DNA of 64,000 bases. Source: Podospora anserina (Eukaryota). Shown here piece by piece: positions 43,561-56,542 of this stretch. The notes beneath the pieces were generated by a model. It saw only the letters and a program-made list of their open reading frames with translations, had not been told where the DNA came from and did no database searches. The stretch spans positions 3,596,001 through 3,660,000 of the forward strand of contig CM030335.1 in the NCBI GenBank assembly GCA_017654855.1, given 5' to 3'. The position numbers and the translations under genes are program-made. How positions within the stretch are numbered: position 1 is the stretch's first letter; the number at the start of each line of letters is the position of its first letter.

Positions 43561-45873
43561 TCAGTCACCCAACCGCGAGCCCGGTCCTCCTGGGAGTGTC
43601 AGATCGATCAGGTCTCTTCCCGGCTTCAACCTGTTGCTCCCCGAGAACGTGGCCTCCAACAAGTGAAAGCCCCCAGATAGATTTCTGGGCAACTCAAACG
43701 TCACTCGTCCCTCGTCCTTTTCCGTCAACACATACTCCAGCTCAACTTGCTCTCCAACTAACCTCACCACACCTTCCACCACCTCTCCCGGTCCTGGTGT
43801 CACCGAGACCGATATAAACATCCCATCATCCGAACTCCCATTTCCTGGCGCAAACATGGCCCTCACCAACGTCGGTCCAGTAGGCGGCTCCTGCCATCCA
43901 TGCTTCGTCATCCCCCACTCCGGTTTATGTTGATAGCAAGGCACACACCCGGGCCAGTACGATCCGTTCTCCGGCACCCCTCCACTGACTGGATTTCTAT
44001 ACCCAAACCACATTCTCTGAATTTCTGGCCAAGAAACATACCTTTCCCTCCCTCCCATAAACCCAACTTCTCTTTCCCCTTCCATCTCATTCAGCCAGAG
44101 ATCCGGCGGGTACTGCCTAACCAAGTCTCTGGGAGGAGGCTGATCCGGCGCGTCCTTGTCTCTCACCTCCACACCTCCCCAGCCTTCTTTCCAGCTATTC
44201 ATTGTCCAGTAAAACTCATCAATCGTCAAACTCCACAGCTTCCAGCTCCCATTCTCATCTAGCACCATTTGGTCATGGTACATGCCCCCTCTGATCGTCC
44301 CTGCAGTCTTGTCGGTGGCTGGTTGCAATAGCCTCGCTCTCAAACTCGCTGAACGCCCGTCTTGGGAAACGTGAATCACCGGCTGCGGCCTCCAGTGAAA
44401 GGATATAGCAGATCGGGTGGGACGAGCGGACGTGCCGTATGCTTGTGTGCATGCCTCCAGGACTCTCTGACGGGTGTGGTAGAATCCGGCAAACGGTGAC
44501 TCTTTGTTGGCATATGGGTGGTGGATGGCGGCCATGAGCGAGCAGGCGGCACCGTCGATAAAGTCGATATAGAAGCCATAGGCGTTGGAGATGGATTCTG
44601 TGCCTTCGTAGCCATATGACCTTGAAAGGCGACGGGATAGCTCTTCGAGGGAGTCTGCCGTCGCTGTCTGAGCGATAGGCTTGTTGGTACCCCTCGTGGT
44701 GTAATCCAGCAACACTGGATCAACAGTACTCGCTGGCATAACTCCCCCGTGCCCCCAACCATCAGAGTAATTCGCCACAACCAACGGTGCGATCGTGACA
44801 TTGAGAAACTGCCAGATCCCATTCCGCCTGACAAATGAGCTTTGGAAGAAGCTAAACCGCCACGATGCCGTGCCCTTCTCCTGGTCCCCAACCAACCCAA
44901 TCTCGATCCCTCTCGCATCCGCCATCCTCTCCGCATCCGGCACGTTTTCGTCAACCTCCTGCCGGATCTTGACCACCGTATCAAAAATGAGATGCTCGTT
45001 CAGAACCCCCTGCTTCAACCCCTCACCCCCCATCCACCTCTCCAACCCCTCCTTTATCCCCCCGGGCCCCTCAAAAACTCCCACATTATCCACCCTCAAC
45101 ACCCCCCAACTATGACTCCCAAACAGCTCCCCCACCTCCCCCCACAGCCTCCGATCGACATAATACCCCCAAGCATGCTGCAAGTTCCTCACCTCATCCT
45201 CATCGTTCAAATCCTCTATTCTCCTCCCCAACCCGACACCCTCCGGTCCCTCCCCAACCACACCCGCAACCCCCCTCGGAATCGGCACCCCCGCCTCCTC
45301 GGCACTATAATGAAACTCAGGCACCAACCCGAAATCCCTCCCCCCAACATTCCTCCACCCACCCTCATAACCCCCCTCGTAAAGCTCATGATACCTCATC
45401 ACCCCTATCTCCCACCTGCCCTCCTGCGTGACAGAGTACTCATTCTCCCATATCCCCCCCCTCATCCTCGTGGCCCCCTTCCCGTCCCCCTGAAACCTCC
45501 ACCCGTTCCACCTCCCTTCCGCCGTCTTGCCATCCACAGCTAGGTTCACCAGCGGTGTGGCGAGAACCATCGTGTCGAGTGATCCAGGCAGGCGGCCGTT
45601 CATGTCCCCCGCGTCCGCCTCAAGCCATGTCTTGATCGCCTCGGGACCCTGGATGGAGGTGTTGCCCCAGAGTAGAGTACCCTCAGGAGCGAACAGCGCC
45701 GCCATGTCAGCGTAGCGGCCGAACTGGGCTAGCTGCGCAAACGTTGAAGTTACATCCTTGATCTCGCGGAGGGACTCGATGCGAGAGACATTGTGGGCTA
45801 GTTCCTCGACTGTCACCGCGTCACACACGCCAGCCCCGGCGGCCGTCCACAAAAGCAGTCGTGATAGCCTCAT
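43561..45873 (-). CDS. Secreted protein with three tandem SnoaL/NTF2-like domains and a possible C-terminal Ig-like domain
   Basis: Signal peptide MRLSRLLLWTAAGAGVCDA. Three repeats start ESLREIKDVTSTFAQL, DEDEVRNLQHAWGYYVD and GYEGTESISNAYGFYID, each ending in a GxW-type strand. Intronless. Confidence 0.8.
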   Translation of the reverse strand: MRLSRLLLWTAAGAGVCDAVTVEELAHNVSRIESLREIKDVTSTFAQLAQFGRYADMAALFAPEGTLLWGNTSIQGPEAIKTWLEADAGDMNGRLPGSLDTMVLATPLVNLAVDGKTAEGRWNGWRFQGDGKGATRMRGGIWENEYSVTQEGRWEIGVMRYHELYEGGYEGGWRNVGGRDFGLVPEFHYSAEEAGVPIPRGVAGVVGEGPEGVGLGRRIEDLNDEDEVRNLQHAWGYYVDRRLWGEVGELFGSHSWGVLRVDNVGVFEGPGGIKEGLERWMGGEGLKQGVLNEHLIFDTVVKIRQEVDENVPDAERMADARGIEIGLVGDQEKGTASWRFSFFQSSFVRRNGIWQFLNVTIAPLVVANYSDGWGHGGVMPASTVDPVLLDYTTRGTNKPIAQTATADSLEELSRRLSRSYGYEGTESISNAYGFYIDFIDGAACSLMAAIHHPYANKESPFAGFYHTRQRVLEACTQAYGTSARPTRSAISFHWRPQPVIHVSQDGRSASLRARLLQPATDKTAGTIRGGMYHDQMVLDENGSWKLWSLTIDEFYWTMNSWKEGWGGVEVRDKDAPDQPPPRDLVRQYPPDLWLNEMEGEREVGFMGGRERYVSWPEIQRMWFGYRNPVSGGVPENGSYWPGCVPCYQHKPEWGMTKHGWQEPPTGPTLVRAMFAPGNGSSDDGMFISVSVTPGPGEVVEGVVRLVGEQVELEYVLTEKDEGRVTFELPRNLSGGFHLLEATFSGSNRLKPGRDLIDLTLPGGPGSRLGD

Positions 45874-46273
45874 GTTTTGGTGGGAATAGGATTGTTCGAG
45901 GCGCGGGGTACCCTGGAGGGCCCCCAAGGTGCTCTCGGTCACAATGTCATGTTAAATGGTCGTTCTCAACAACACCTTGATCAAACACTGGATTCATCTG
46001 CCGAGGACAACCCCGCTACCTGGGCCTCTTTATCCCAGAGGACGTCTAAAGCTATATTATGCCTGTATGCTTTTCTCCGCTTGTGCCTATTGGCTAAATA
46101 ATGTCCTTGATTCCGACCACCCTCATATCCCCGTCCGCTTCCACCATGGAATCCGTGCAGGTAAGCTTCATGTTGAAATGCGCCTACTAAAGAGTAGCCA
46201 TGTGTTTTATCAAAGCAATGTCGATCCTCCCCAAGCCGTTCCCATCTACTCTTCACATCGAAACCCCCTCATT

Positions 46274-49200
46274 TCATACATATGTTACACACGGCCCAAA
46301 GAAATCCACAATCTCCCTATTGGAGTCGACCTTCACCCAGTCGGGCAAGCCGTCCGGCCACGAGGGCCTGCCAGACCGAACCTCCTCCTTCATTTGCTTT
46401 TCGCGAGTGACCGCCATAGTTTCGTTCGTCGACATATTCGAGCTTGCTGGCGATTCTTGGTCCACAAACATTGGCGAACTGCTAGGGTAGGGTGTATCAC
46501 CCTCATCAGAGTTCAAGTCCTTGCAGGTGTTTGAAATTTCAAACTTTTTGGCAATGCCTTCAAACAACACCACGTCAGAGGCGCCAGGTCTGAAGGCCGT
46601 TGGATTTGTGGAAGGCATTTGAAACCGCGGCCAGGCCGCACCGGGCGTTTTCCGTATGGCTGAAGTGTTCGCTGCACAAAGCTCGTCCAGACTGGGCAAG
46701 TCGGCCTCATCGTCCGTCTCTGAATGGTGAGGAGGTTGTGCGGCTGTACGGACTTCATTTGCTCGTTTGGGCTTGGACTTTGTTATTACATTCTGCTCCG
46801 ACTTGGTGGTAGCCGGATCGCCTTCATCATCGGTATAGGATGAAAGATCGATACACTCCAGATCCTCCTCTGTGAACCCGTACGCATTCCAGTCTACTAC
46901 GACAGACCGAACAGGCGGGCGGATGCCTGGTGCCTGTTGAGTGGCACCGGGCCGTGATACCGACTCAATCTTGGGCCGCTTCCTATCGCCCGAAGCTTGA
47001 GGGGAATTCTTAGAACCATCCCAGGCCTCCTCGGCCGTGCGCTTGACCTTTGGTTTGGGCGGTGCCCGCTTTCGTGGCTTGTCAAGTCCCTCTTTGCAAC
47101 ATCTGTGAGTGCATGGCTTGCCCGTCTTTGTGAGAGTCCCACCCGCACAGTTATGATTACACTGCCACTTTCCGCTTGGAAGCTGGACTGGGGGGGATGT
47201 ATCGGACTCGGGTTGAGAGGAACCCTCTTCCTGTGCCATCTCGACCAACTCATGGATTCCTGGATACTGTTCCGCCTGAGCGTCTTTTTGGCCCTCCATC
47301 ATAAACCTGGGTGCTTGGATAGATGGCGTGGTGAATGATGACTGTGGGCGCAGTGCTAACCGAGCGGCCGCCTGCTCAGCGGCGAGAATGAAGTCAGAGT
47401 CGTCAATACCACCATCGTCCAGCTCGTCCATTTTATCAGCATCATTGCTGCCATCAATCGTCCGTGGTTGAGTGAACTTGGCTGTCGCTGGCGGAGCCCA
47501 GCTCGGGGGCACGGTGGAGAAAGCGGCTTGCTTGGGAAATGCTGAGGCAGGAATGTTGTGTTTCAGTGTCTTGGATATCATCGTCCCAACAATCTCCTCG
47601 CAAGTAAAGTGACACACAATGTCGTCATCAACATTTTGGAGACCAACCCAGAACTTCAATTCGTACCCTGTCTCTTTGCTGACCTCCAGCTTCCTCATGC
47701 TGCCTCGCCAAAAGAACGAAAGAGTCCCGCTGGTAGTTTCGGCCAGGAAGTTGATGTCAGGTGTCTTCTTCTTCCAATACGGTGGACCGAGTCGATTCAA
47801 ATACCGTAGGTTAGCCCTAATTTCCACCCCAACGGTGGCGCCTGTTGGATTAGGTTGAGACTTGTGGCTGACTAGCTCCAGATCGAAGCTCAACCGGGGA
47901 AACTTTTCAAGAGAGCTCTTGATAGTCATTCCGAAGGGGGTCTGCCGAGCCATCAATCTCTCAATGTCGACGCTGTCCATGTCGGCGAGTTCCAACACTG
48001 TCCGGATGCCTTTGCTGGCAAGCTTACGCATCCCAACGGGCCCAATGCTGGGTACCTGGGTCAGTTGTGTCACCCGACCTTCCCATGACTCTGCAGCGAG
48101 GGCTCTCGCAAGCTCGAGGGCATTCTTCATGCCAATCGCATCATAGTCGTTTCCTTTGCAGTCAATCACGGCGTGGACAAGGCGGTTGAGTCGCTCAAAC
48201 ACGATTTTGCGCTCCAAGACCAGTTGACGTCGAGCCTTGGCTGCATCGGCCGAGTCGGGGTATTGAACGCTTCCCAAATGGGCCTGAACCATCAAGGAGA
48301 TCTTGTGCCATGTTTGCGTGACCGCTTCCTTGATTGGATAGACGATGAGGGGGGACTGGTTCATCTCGCGAAACAAAGGCCTCTCGGCGGGCTTGAAACG
48401 AAACTCTTTGAACTCGCTGGCTTGTGAAAGGATGGTGAGCTGTGGCCATGGGGTCAGCGCGCCGTGGTCAACATAATTCTGTGAAGCCATGTGGGATCTA
48501 TACCAGTGCGCCCATCTTGACAGCCTTGGGAATCTGCAACAGCATCTTCATTGTGGAAAACTCAACCATATACTTGGACATGGCGCGGCCGTAGTAGGTT
48601 GACTTGAATGTCTCGTTGTCGGTAACACACTGGGCATCTTGCAGTTGCTTAATGTCGCGCTCGCATATCTCTTCCAGCTTGGCGTCGATCTGGCTGGGAT
48701 TGCAATTACTGCCAGTCAAGTGGTAAAAGCTTGGGTTGCGTCGAAGCCGGACGCTCAAGAACGTGCCGCTAAGCCACTTCTTTGCAGACGCGAGATCGTG
48801 GATGGTGCCCAGGCCTATCTCGGAGTTGAGGTGTTCGATCAGGTTGAGATGAAGCGTACTCTCGAGAATTTCTTGTCCGGACACCATCTTTTCGTACCGT
48901 GCCTTGTTGCCGGCCTTGGTCAGGATGATGGCAGTGGCGCTGTCATCAAATTGGGGGCGTCCCGCTCGACCTAGCATTTGCATCACCTCGAGATCAGAGT
49001 ACTCCTGAAGCTTGTCATCCGCGTAGCCCATTGTTCCTTTCAACACAACCGTGTGGCATGGCAGGTTAATGCCAACGGCCAATGTCGACGTGCAACATAT
49101 GACACCTAGTTCTCCCTTGAGAAATGACTGCTCAACAGCACCTCGATCTTGAACATCGAGACCGGCATGGTGAAATGCCACACCCAATTTGACAATCTCC

Positions 49201-50883
49201 TGCAGCTCTCGGCTGATGACGGGGATCCGGCCTTTGGGGGCAGGCCACAGCTTCGTATTTGGCCTGGCAGCAGCATATTCGGCCAGCAGACTGGCCGTTG
49301 ACTCGCAGGATTTCCGTGTGAAGCAAAACACCAGTATGGGCTTCTGTTGAGAGTGCCTGGCAATCAGGTTGGGGAGTTTGGAGTCAAGCAGCTTATCAAG
49401 GATGAACTCGTTGCCGTTGCACTCGTATCCATAAACGAACTTTTGCAGTTTGACAGGCCTGAACTCTTCACCAAATGTCTCTCGCAGTGCCGGCAGGTGC
49501 TGGTTGGTATGGTCCCGGCCAAGCCATTGGGCAATATCATCCGAGTTGGGAACGGTGGCGCTCAAAGCGATAAATCGAACATTGGTTCCAATGGTCTTCA
49601 TGCGGGAAACGACTGCTTCCAACGTGGCGCCGCGGACATCCTTGAGAATATGAACCTCGTCGATGAGGAATAGCTCGACCAGCTGCAGAAGCCTGCGATG
49701 GTCTTGCCATTTTCGTGTAATCGAATCCCACTTCTCTGGGGTGGTAACAATGATCGAAGCATCGCCAACGCGCCGCATCTCGGCCTGGGAAGTGTCCCCG
49801 GTGAGCTCAGCGCACTTGAGCTTCATGTGGCCAAACTTCTTTTCCCAATCGCGGGCCTTTTCGGCACACAAGGCCTTGGTGGGTGCTTGGTACACAATCT
49901 TGAAGTTTTCGTGGCCGCGATCGAGAGCAAGTTTGCAAATTGCCAACTCGAGGATGGCAGTCTTTCCACTACCGGTGGGTGCCGAGACCACCACATTGTT
50001 GTTGGTCTTGTACACTGCCTCGAAGCACTTGGACTGTACTGCGTTGAAAAATTCAAAGGGGAACAGGGCGCGGAACTTGTCTGGCAGGGCCTCTCGTAAG
50101 TTGACGAGGCGTATACCGTGAACAACAGGCGCAGTACCCTGTCGTTGAGAGGGAACGTGCTCTCGCGTAGTACTGGGAGTTGGAAGGGGTTGAAGGTGTG
50201 TAATGTCCGGTTGGGTAGCTGTTGTAGTTGCAAACGACGTGTGATACGGTTGCGTGTGGGTAGTTGACCCTGGGGGCGGGCTGTAGTTCGCATGCGACCA
50301 ACTGCGGGCGGAAGGCTCGAGGACGGGAGAGACTGGACAGAATTAGCAGAGTTCCGTATTAACACCTCCACCATGCTGACCTGAATATGAAGCCAATGGT
50401 TGTCGTTGCGATAGGTGGTGGCGAGGCTGCGAGATGTTGTGGGCTGGGTGGTGTTGCGATTGAAAGGAGCCAGGAGTGTTTGCGTTTTGGTATGGAGGAC
50501 TAACATGTCTCTCTGTCATGTGTGGGGCGGTGTGTCTCGATAAACCGGCAATGATTTGTTGGTATTCGGGGTCTTGTTCAATGGCTTTAAAAGATTAATT
50601 AATCAGGGGAGGTCAAACTCAACCGCGTCAAGTAACGGCTAGAACGACAAGAATAAGCTAGCTTACCGTAGGCGTCTCCCAGTCGATCATCAAATTGCGT
50701 CGGCTGGTTCAAGTAGCGGAACTGGTCCGGGGTCCGGGGATCCATCTCCGAGGCGCAGCGGTGGTTGTGTGAGTGACGGGTGTCTCGGGAAGCGTCCCGG
50801 GAACGTACACTGTCGTCAGGTACTGGCACGACACGATTGCGTTTCGCAACATGGGGTCGGTTGGGCCTCCATGGCCGCGACAT
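46274..50883 (-). CDS. MER3: Meiotic DExH-box helicase MER3/HFM1 (about 1471 aa)
   Basis: Motifs SAPTGSGKT, DEVH, LSATVPN, CFTRK, TSTLAVGINLP and QMLGRAGRPQFD; Sec63 domain; C-terminal CNHNC..CTHRCC. Introns 50666-50585, 50380-50333 and 48503-48440 give one continuous frame. Confidence 0.92.
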
Positions 50884-51465
50884 GGTGTGCCAATTGCGCA
50901 AGGTACTGAAGTGCCCGGGTGGAAGGTATGACAGAGGCAGAAAGAATTGCAACACGTGTTGAGAGGCGTTTGCAGCTGGACTTGGGCTGTAGAATGCGGA
51001 TGCGGGATGCCCGAGTATCAAACGATAAAATGGAGATGAACTGGGCTGCCCGGGGATGAGGTGGAAGGAGAACCCCCCCAAGCCAGTTCGTCTGGGGGTG
51101 CTTGCCCATCACGACGGCTCCTTCCCTCACTCCAGGTCCTGCCTCAAGCACGCCCACGCAGGCGGGGAATCGACTCCACCATCCTACACCTTCCGTCACC
51201 CGGGAAATCTGCCTGGCTGCCTGAAATGAAAAGTCATGTATGGAAAGAACCTGGAAGGTGCCATACCAGATACCTAAGGGATGAATTCATGTCTATTCGT
51301 GCTGATGAGGTTAGGTAAATGGTCTTTCCAACAATGCTTGCAGCTACCTGTGGGTATCCAAATCCTGCTGCCTCTTTTCCAATCTTCCAAATGTCACGTT
51401 TGCCAGATGTTACTCCGGCGTAGTGCTAGGCATCCCTCCTGCTGGGCCATCCTACCCCACACCAT

Positions 51466-53190
51466 TCACTCTTCAGCCCGCTTCCCCCTCGAAGAAGGCG
51501 TGCGAGGGTGGAAATGCAGCGGCGAAGCGGGCCTGGACGAAGACAGAGCTGCACCGTGAGCAGAGTCCAAGGGGTTGACGCTCAGCCTGTCCTGATCCAG
51601 ATATCGCGGGGTGCCCTCCACTGTTGTCTTCTCGTAGCTGGCGATGCTGATGGGTGGTGGCCGCGCGCGTTTTCCTTCCGGGAGGGCGTACAAGTATGTG
51701 GCTCCCAGCACAAGAGCTGTGCCAAACAAGAACTGTAGGTATGAAAATGTCAGCAACCATCACTAAACTCGTGTCTCGAGCTGTCTGCACGTACCGATAC
51801 TGTAATCTCCAAGTCGAAGAAGAACACGCTGAAAAGGAAGCTGATGATGATGCTGATGCTGGTCGCAAAGTTCTTTGCAATGTTGTCTGCGTATTGAATG
51901 CAGATGCTCGACAAAATTCCGCCCACCGACTGAAGCACAATTGCTGTCCAGACAACCGCATTGTATCCGTCGAAGAAACCATGCCTGGCGATCTCCCGTC
52001 CGTCGCTGAAGACGACCCCAACAAACAGCGCGGGGAATAGCGAGTAAAATGACAACTGGATATTCCTCGTCCACACAGAGGCTGGTGTGGTAGAGTCCTT
52101 CAGCACCTTCTCGAAGTAAACCCCCGTCAGCCCCGAGACAAGTGCTGCGACCAAAACAGCCGTAACGCCCACCGAGTAGTTCATCGTCGACAACGTAGGT
52201 TCCTGGTCCTCTTTGATGCCTTCGTAGGTGGCCGATCGTCGAGTCAGCTCCCCAACCAGCCCAGTGACACCTCGTTTCGTCAATTCCCTCGCCGCCTCCA
52301 CAACACCACCAGCAAATTGGCCGAGTTCGTGGACTGACCGTGGGAAAAAGTGGTCGCTGAAATCGTGGATGTCAACCGAAAGATCCGGGGAACTGGCCGA
52401 CGGAAGCGATACAACTGACACCCCCATAGTCAGGATGACAAGGGATAGCCACCGCCTGGCCCCAAGCGTCCGGCCCAGCAGCACCACCATAAACACTGCT
52501 GTCGTGATGATCTAGCCATCCTTGTCAGCTTGCTATACTCTCCATGTTCCAACGGCCTCTGTGACCCAATCCCCCCCAGCGGTAGCACCGACCTTTAATT
52601 GGAACAAGACCTGGAAATGCACCGCATCCAGGTTCCCAAGCGCAACATATTGGAGCGTGTTCTCCAGCGTGTACAGCACAGCCGGAATGGCCAGCTTCCA
52701 CCCATCGCCTGAAAATACCGAATGGTACACTTGCTCAAGCAGGACTGTTGCCGGGGTCTGGGGCGCCAGGCTTCGGGATACTTCGTAAATGGCAAAGGTG
52801 AGGGACATAGCGAGTTTGAGAAGCTCATTGAGGAGCACGGCAGTCGAAGCAAAGTATCGGTGGTCACCTGGAGGTGCCATCACTCGAGAGTAATGCATAA
52901 TCTGGCATGGGAAGCGCCCGTCCGTTAGCATGAGATGAGGTTGTTGTGCCACACCAACGTCGGGGCTACCGGCGCGAGGAAGTTAACGTACAAGTATTAA
53001 TGCGGAATTTTGGAATGTTAACTATCCCAACCATCATGTCAGCCATCTTTTCCCAGCAGTCTTTTGCCATTTTCCTGTTGTCGAGTGTTGTGTTTTGTGA
53101 AAGCTGCGTACTGTGATCAGGGAGGCCTGCTTCATTGGCAGGCCCAGCAAGCTTGGCCCGCTCTGGGGCGCTGCGGTGGGGAGAGCCATG
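51466..53190 (-). CDS. Nucleotide-sugar (UDP-galactose-type, SLC35A) transporter
   Basis: Motifs LTFQNSALIL, YFASTAVLLNE, KLAIPAVLYTLENTLQY, FQLK, GVYFEKVLK, SVWTRNIQLS and YADNIAKNFATS. Introns 53111-53022, 52991-52902, 52592-52512 and 51794-51733. Confidence 0.92.
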
Positions 53191-54366
53191 ATGTTTTTCT
53201 TCTGAAGCCGCTGACGACGTGGGAAGGCCGGAGGCTTGTGTCAAAACAAACGGCAGGTTAGAGGAGATATGGAGGAGGAATGCCCGGATCGCGATTCGCA
53301 ATTGCTGTCCAGTTCTGGTGAATTCCGTGGGCAGTGCGCTCCGACGTCACTGTTGGAAAATCGAGGGTCTCAGGTCGCCAAAGGGGTTCGTGGGTGTTTC
53401 GCCCAACGCGCCAGCGGGCAGACAGAGACACAATGGAGCCCTCGTTCCAGTCCTCAATGCAACAAAGAAGAGGCTGTTGCGGGAGGAACGGGAGTAGCAC
53501 AGCTCTGGCAGGGCCGGAAGCTTGGATTTATTTCAGAATTTTTATCCTCCTGTGCCGTTTTCAGACTGGCTGCAGACGTTGGCCTGCTTTGCTGGACCTC
53601 TCTGCACAGCTCCCAAGCTGCCCACCCTCACCCCTGCAGTCGCAGATCGCCAAGCGGTGGTACCTCAGAGGGACCTGAACCGTTGCACCAGAATGGCGGG
53701 GAAGCGGGGTACAGGGCTGGTACCGCCAAGTCGATCTCTGGGTGTCCAAGGCCTACGCCGCACCGATCATGATCTCAGCGATCGACTGGACGGAAGAGAC
53801 GGGAACTTGAGCTCACTCCAGATCTCTGGCAATTATGACAACCTATGTAGAAGAGGCTCATTCATGAGAACCCAGGTGGCTGGGACGGATGACCCCGTCA
53901 CTTTCCATCAAAATCCCATCAAACACCACCTCGAGGCTCCCAGCTTCTTGGGGCGTCACACGGTCCACCTCTTCCCCGCATTTTAGTTGCATTAGCAGGT
54001 GATCCAGTGACACCACCTCGAAGACACTGGGAGCACATGTCCCACCATGGGACTTTTTGACAATGTCAAAGAAATGGCGAGCATAACGGCGACGGGAGGG
54101 ATGTCTCGAGTACTACTCTCCTACTACCCAGAAAGCCTAGAAAAAGAGTGCAACGTCAAGGGTTCATAAGCATGCAATGCGACAAGACAGTGAACTGGTA
54201 CTGGTACTCTCTTTTGAACGGGAAGCCCGCATGATTTGGAAACGATAACAGCACGATTAACTCGATAGTAATAAAAACAATGCCAAACCTACTCATTCGG
54301 ACGTCCACTTATTCCATTCCATAGCTTTTCATCCTACACTCCCGTCCCCCTTGTCAACCATCCCAC

Positions 54367-54699
54367 TCAAGCAGCTCGGTCAGCCGCGGCCGCAGCCGAA
54401 TTCCCGCTCTTCTTCTTGCCTCCAAACATGAAATATACGGCCCCGAGACCTAGCACGCCTGCTCCCAGATAACTGTCGCACCATCATCAGTATCAAGACC
54501 CTGAGGGCTCATCCTGGTCAAAAACTTACACGAAGTTCTTGTTGGGGTTCGTTCCATCCTTGTTGTACACCTTTGCTGTTCCTTTTTCACCCACATGGGG
54601 TCCCTGAGGCGGCAGATTGGAGTAGCATCTTTGTGTGAGCCTTCCCCGGGTCTGCTGCTGGACGGGACGAAGGAGGTTGCGCGTTCCGAAGCGGTTCAT
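54367..54699 (-). CDS. Small (about 91 aa) probable mitochondrial single-pass membrane protein
   Basis: Arg-rich, acid-free presequence ending RCYS. Intron 54529-54473 (GTAAGT..CTGAT..CAG) joins to TM segment VYLGAGVLGLGAVYFMF followed by GGKKK. Confidence 0.7.
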
Positions 54700-55750
54700 C
54701 TCGATGATATCGTGTTTTTTTTTCTTTTCGTCTTGTGAAGGGTGTCGACTATGATGCAGGCAATGTACCAAATAGACTTGAATATCCTCTGACAACGTTA
54801 AAGGGTCGGATGATGTTGAAGACGCAGTTCGAGGACGGATCCCTGAAGGAAAGGCTCGGTTGGTGGTAGTAGCGAAGTGATGACATCATGTTGACGAGTG
54901 GATATGTGCCCCGCCATCAACCGTTTGGATGAATGCTTTGTTTGCTCCCGCCGCGGCAGTCGGCTTTCAATTCCAGGAGGCTTCCAGACTTTAATCGGGC
55001 TGCTTGGCGCAGAGCCGCATTGCTTCCTTCAACATCAATTCCGACAAATGTCTCAATTATTAGGTAGCATCTACAATCATGGGTCCTCGTTGTCTTCATC
55101 TTCCATCCTTCGTCCTCCGTCTTCCATCCTCATCTCCCCCATTCTCTCTCACTAACAGCAGTGCTTATGGAATGAACACGATCCACCGCAACATGTAAAC
55201 CCAATGTTCATACCGCCGCCACGCATCGAAATCTCGTTATCCGCCTGTGGGAGTGGCTCGGCTTTCTGAGGCTCGTGTTAGTCTCGCCGTTCCACTGTCG
55301 GTCGATTGTCAAGAGGGTTTTGGCTTACTGGCTGCTCACAAATGACCTTCTTCACTACACTGCCGTCCTGGGGGATGGCTTCCATCCGCTCCTGTTGTGT
55401 TGGCTCTTGAACGGTGGGCATTGTGCTTGGATGTTTCTTTAGGTGAGGTATGTCAAAAATGAGAATTGAGGATGATGTTGTCGTCGCACGCTGGTGGCGT
55501 CGTCGTTGCTCACCGCTGAGAATTTATCAGCTCCGACAACGACCGAGGCCTCCCTGGTGCTGGGGCCTGTGCGTAGCTGACTTCTGATTGGCCAGAAAGA
55601 GTCAACAAAAGCGACGCCAAGATCTCACGATAGCGTCGTTTTGGCGCCCTCAAATCACATCAACGGATTTATTTTGAGGTGTTTCTACTCCTAGCTTGGG
55701 TTCTGAAGCCACAGGAACTCATGTGATCTTATTTACACTATCTTCGGCGC

Positions 55751-56542
55751 TCACGCGCATCCCACACGGGTCGACGAGACGACGATATCATCATACCAGA
55801 AGGTGTTGGTGTCCCCGCCATAAGACTCCCAGCCGAAATTGATGGCCGTGACCTTTGGCTTGATTGAGCTTCTCTGCCACTGCGCGGCATTGGGGTTGGC
55901 AGTGCCCGGCTTGCTTGTCAGCCCAGTGATGACCTTGTCATTCAGCCACGTCTCGATCGTGCCGTCAGGTCCCAGATGGTATTCAAAGCACTGCCAGCTG
56001 CCTGTAGGGAGAGCGGCCGAGGTGGCCACACCCTGTGGAGAGAGATCAGGGAGGGTGGCGTCGTCCGACTCGCGGTTGAACATGAGGATGCTGTTCTGGC
56101 CGCCGATACGAAGGTGCTTCTTGTTGCCCTGCGCCGAGTCGGGCATTGTGATGAAGGTGACGTGCGCCGCCGTGAGCGCCTTGGATGCTTTGCTGTTGTC
56201 AGAGGGTTGTTAGCAGGCTGGTTTTGGCCTCGCCTTCCGATGGGGGCTGCTTCGTATGCTATTCTGGACTCACATCCATGCCCTGACGTATACATCTCCA
56301 GTGGGCACCTTGGAAGTGCCGAAGAAGATATGACCACAGTAACCACCGCCGCCATCGACTCGCATGGAGTTCTTCCCGCTGTGTGCGTTGGCGGTGTCAA
56401 GAGTGACTTTGCCCCCCTGGCTGCAGTCCGGCGCGTATGTTGGCCATGCCGACTGGTCCCATCCGTTTTCGAACCCTTCCGAGACCTGGGCCAGGGATCC
56501 GGGGACGAGAGCAAGTGAGAGAAGAGCGAGTTGGCGCAACAT
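55751..56542 (-). CDS. cip1: Cip1-like secreted protein (cellulose-induced protein 1 core), no CBM1
   Basis: Motifs GWDQSAWPTYAPDC, GYCGHIFFGT, HLRIGGQ, NRESDDATLPDLSP and FGWESYGGD..TRVGC closely match Trichoderma Cip1 as I recall it. Intron 56273-56193. Confidence 0.88.

Noticed and set aside
46274-50015. MER3 apparently split into two ORFs by a TAG at 48498
   Set aside because: The stop lies inside a canonical intron 48503-48440 (GTATAG..GCTGAC..CAG).
23919-50666. Several introns ending in AAG (RTA1, KAP123, A-T-R reductase, MER3)
   Set aside because: AAG acceptors are a normal minority class in fungi and all preserve the frame.
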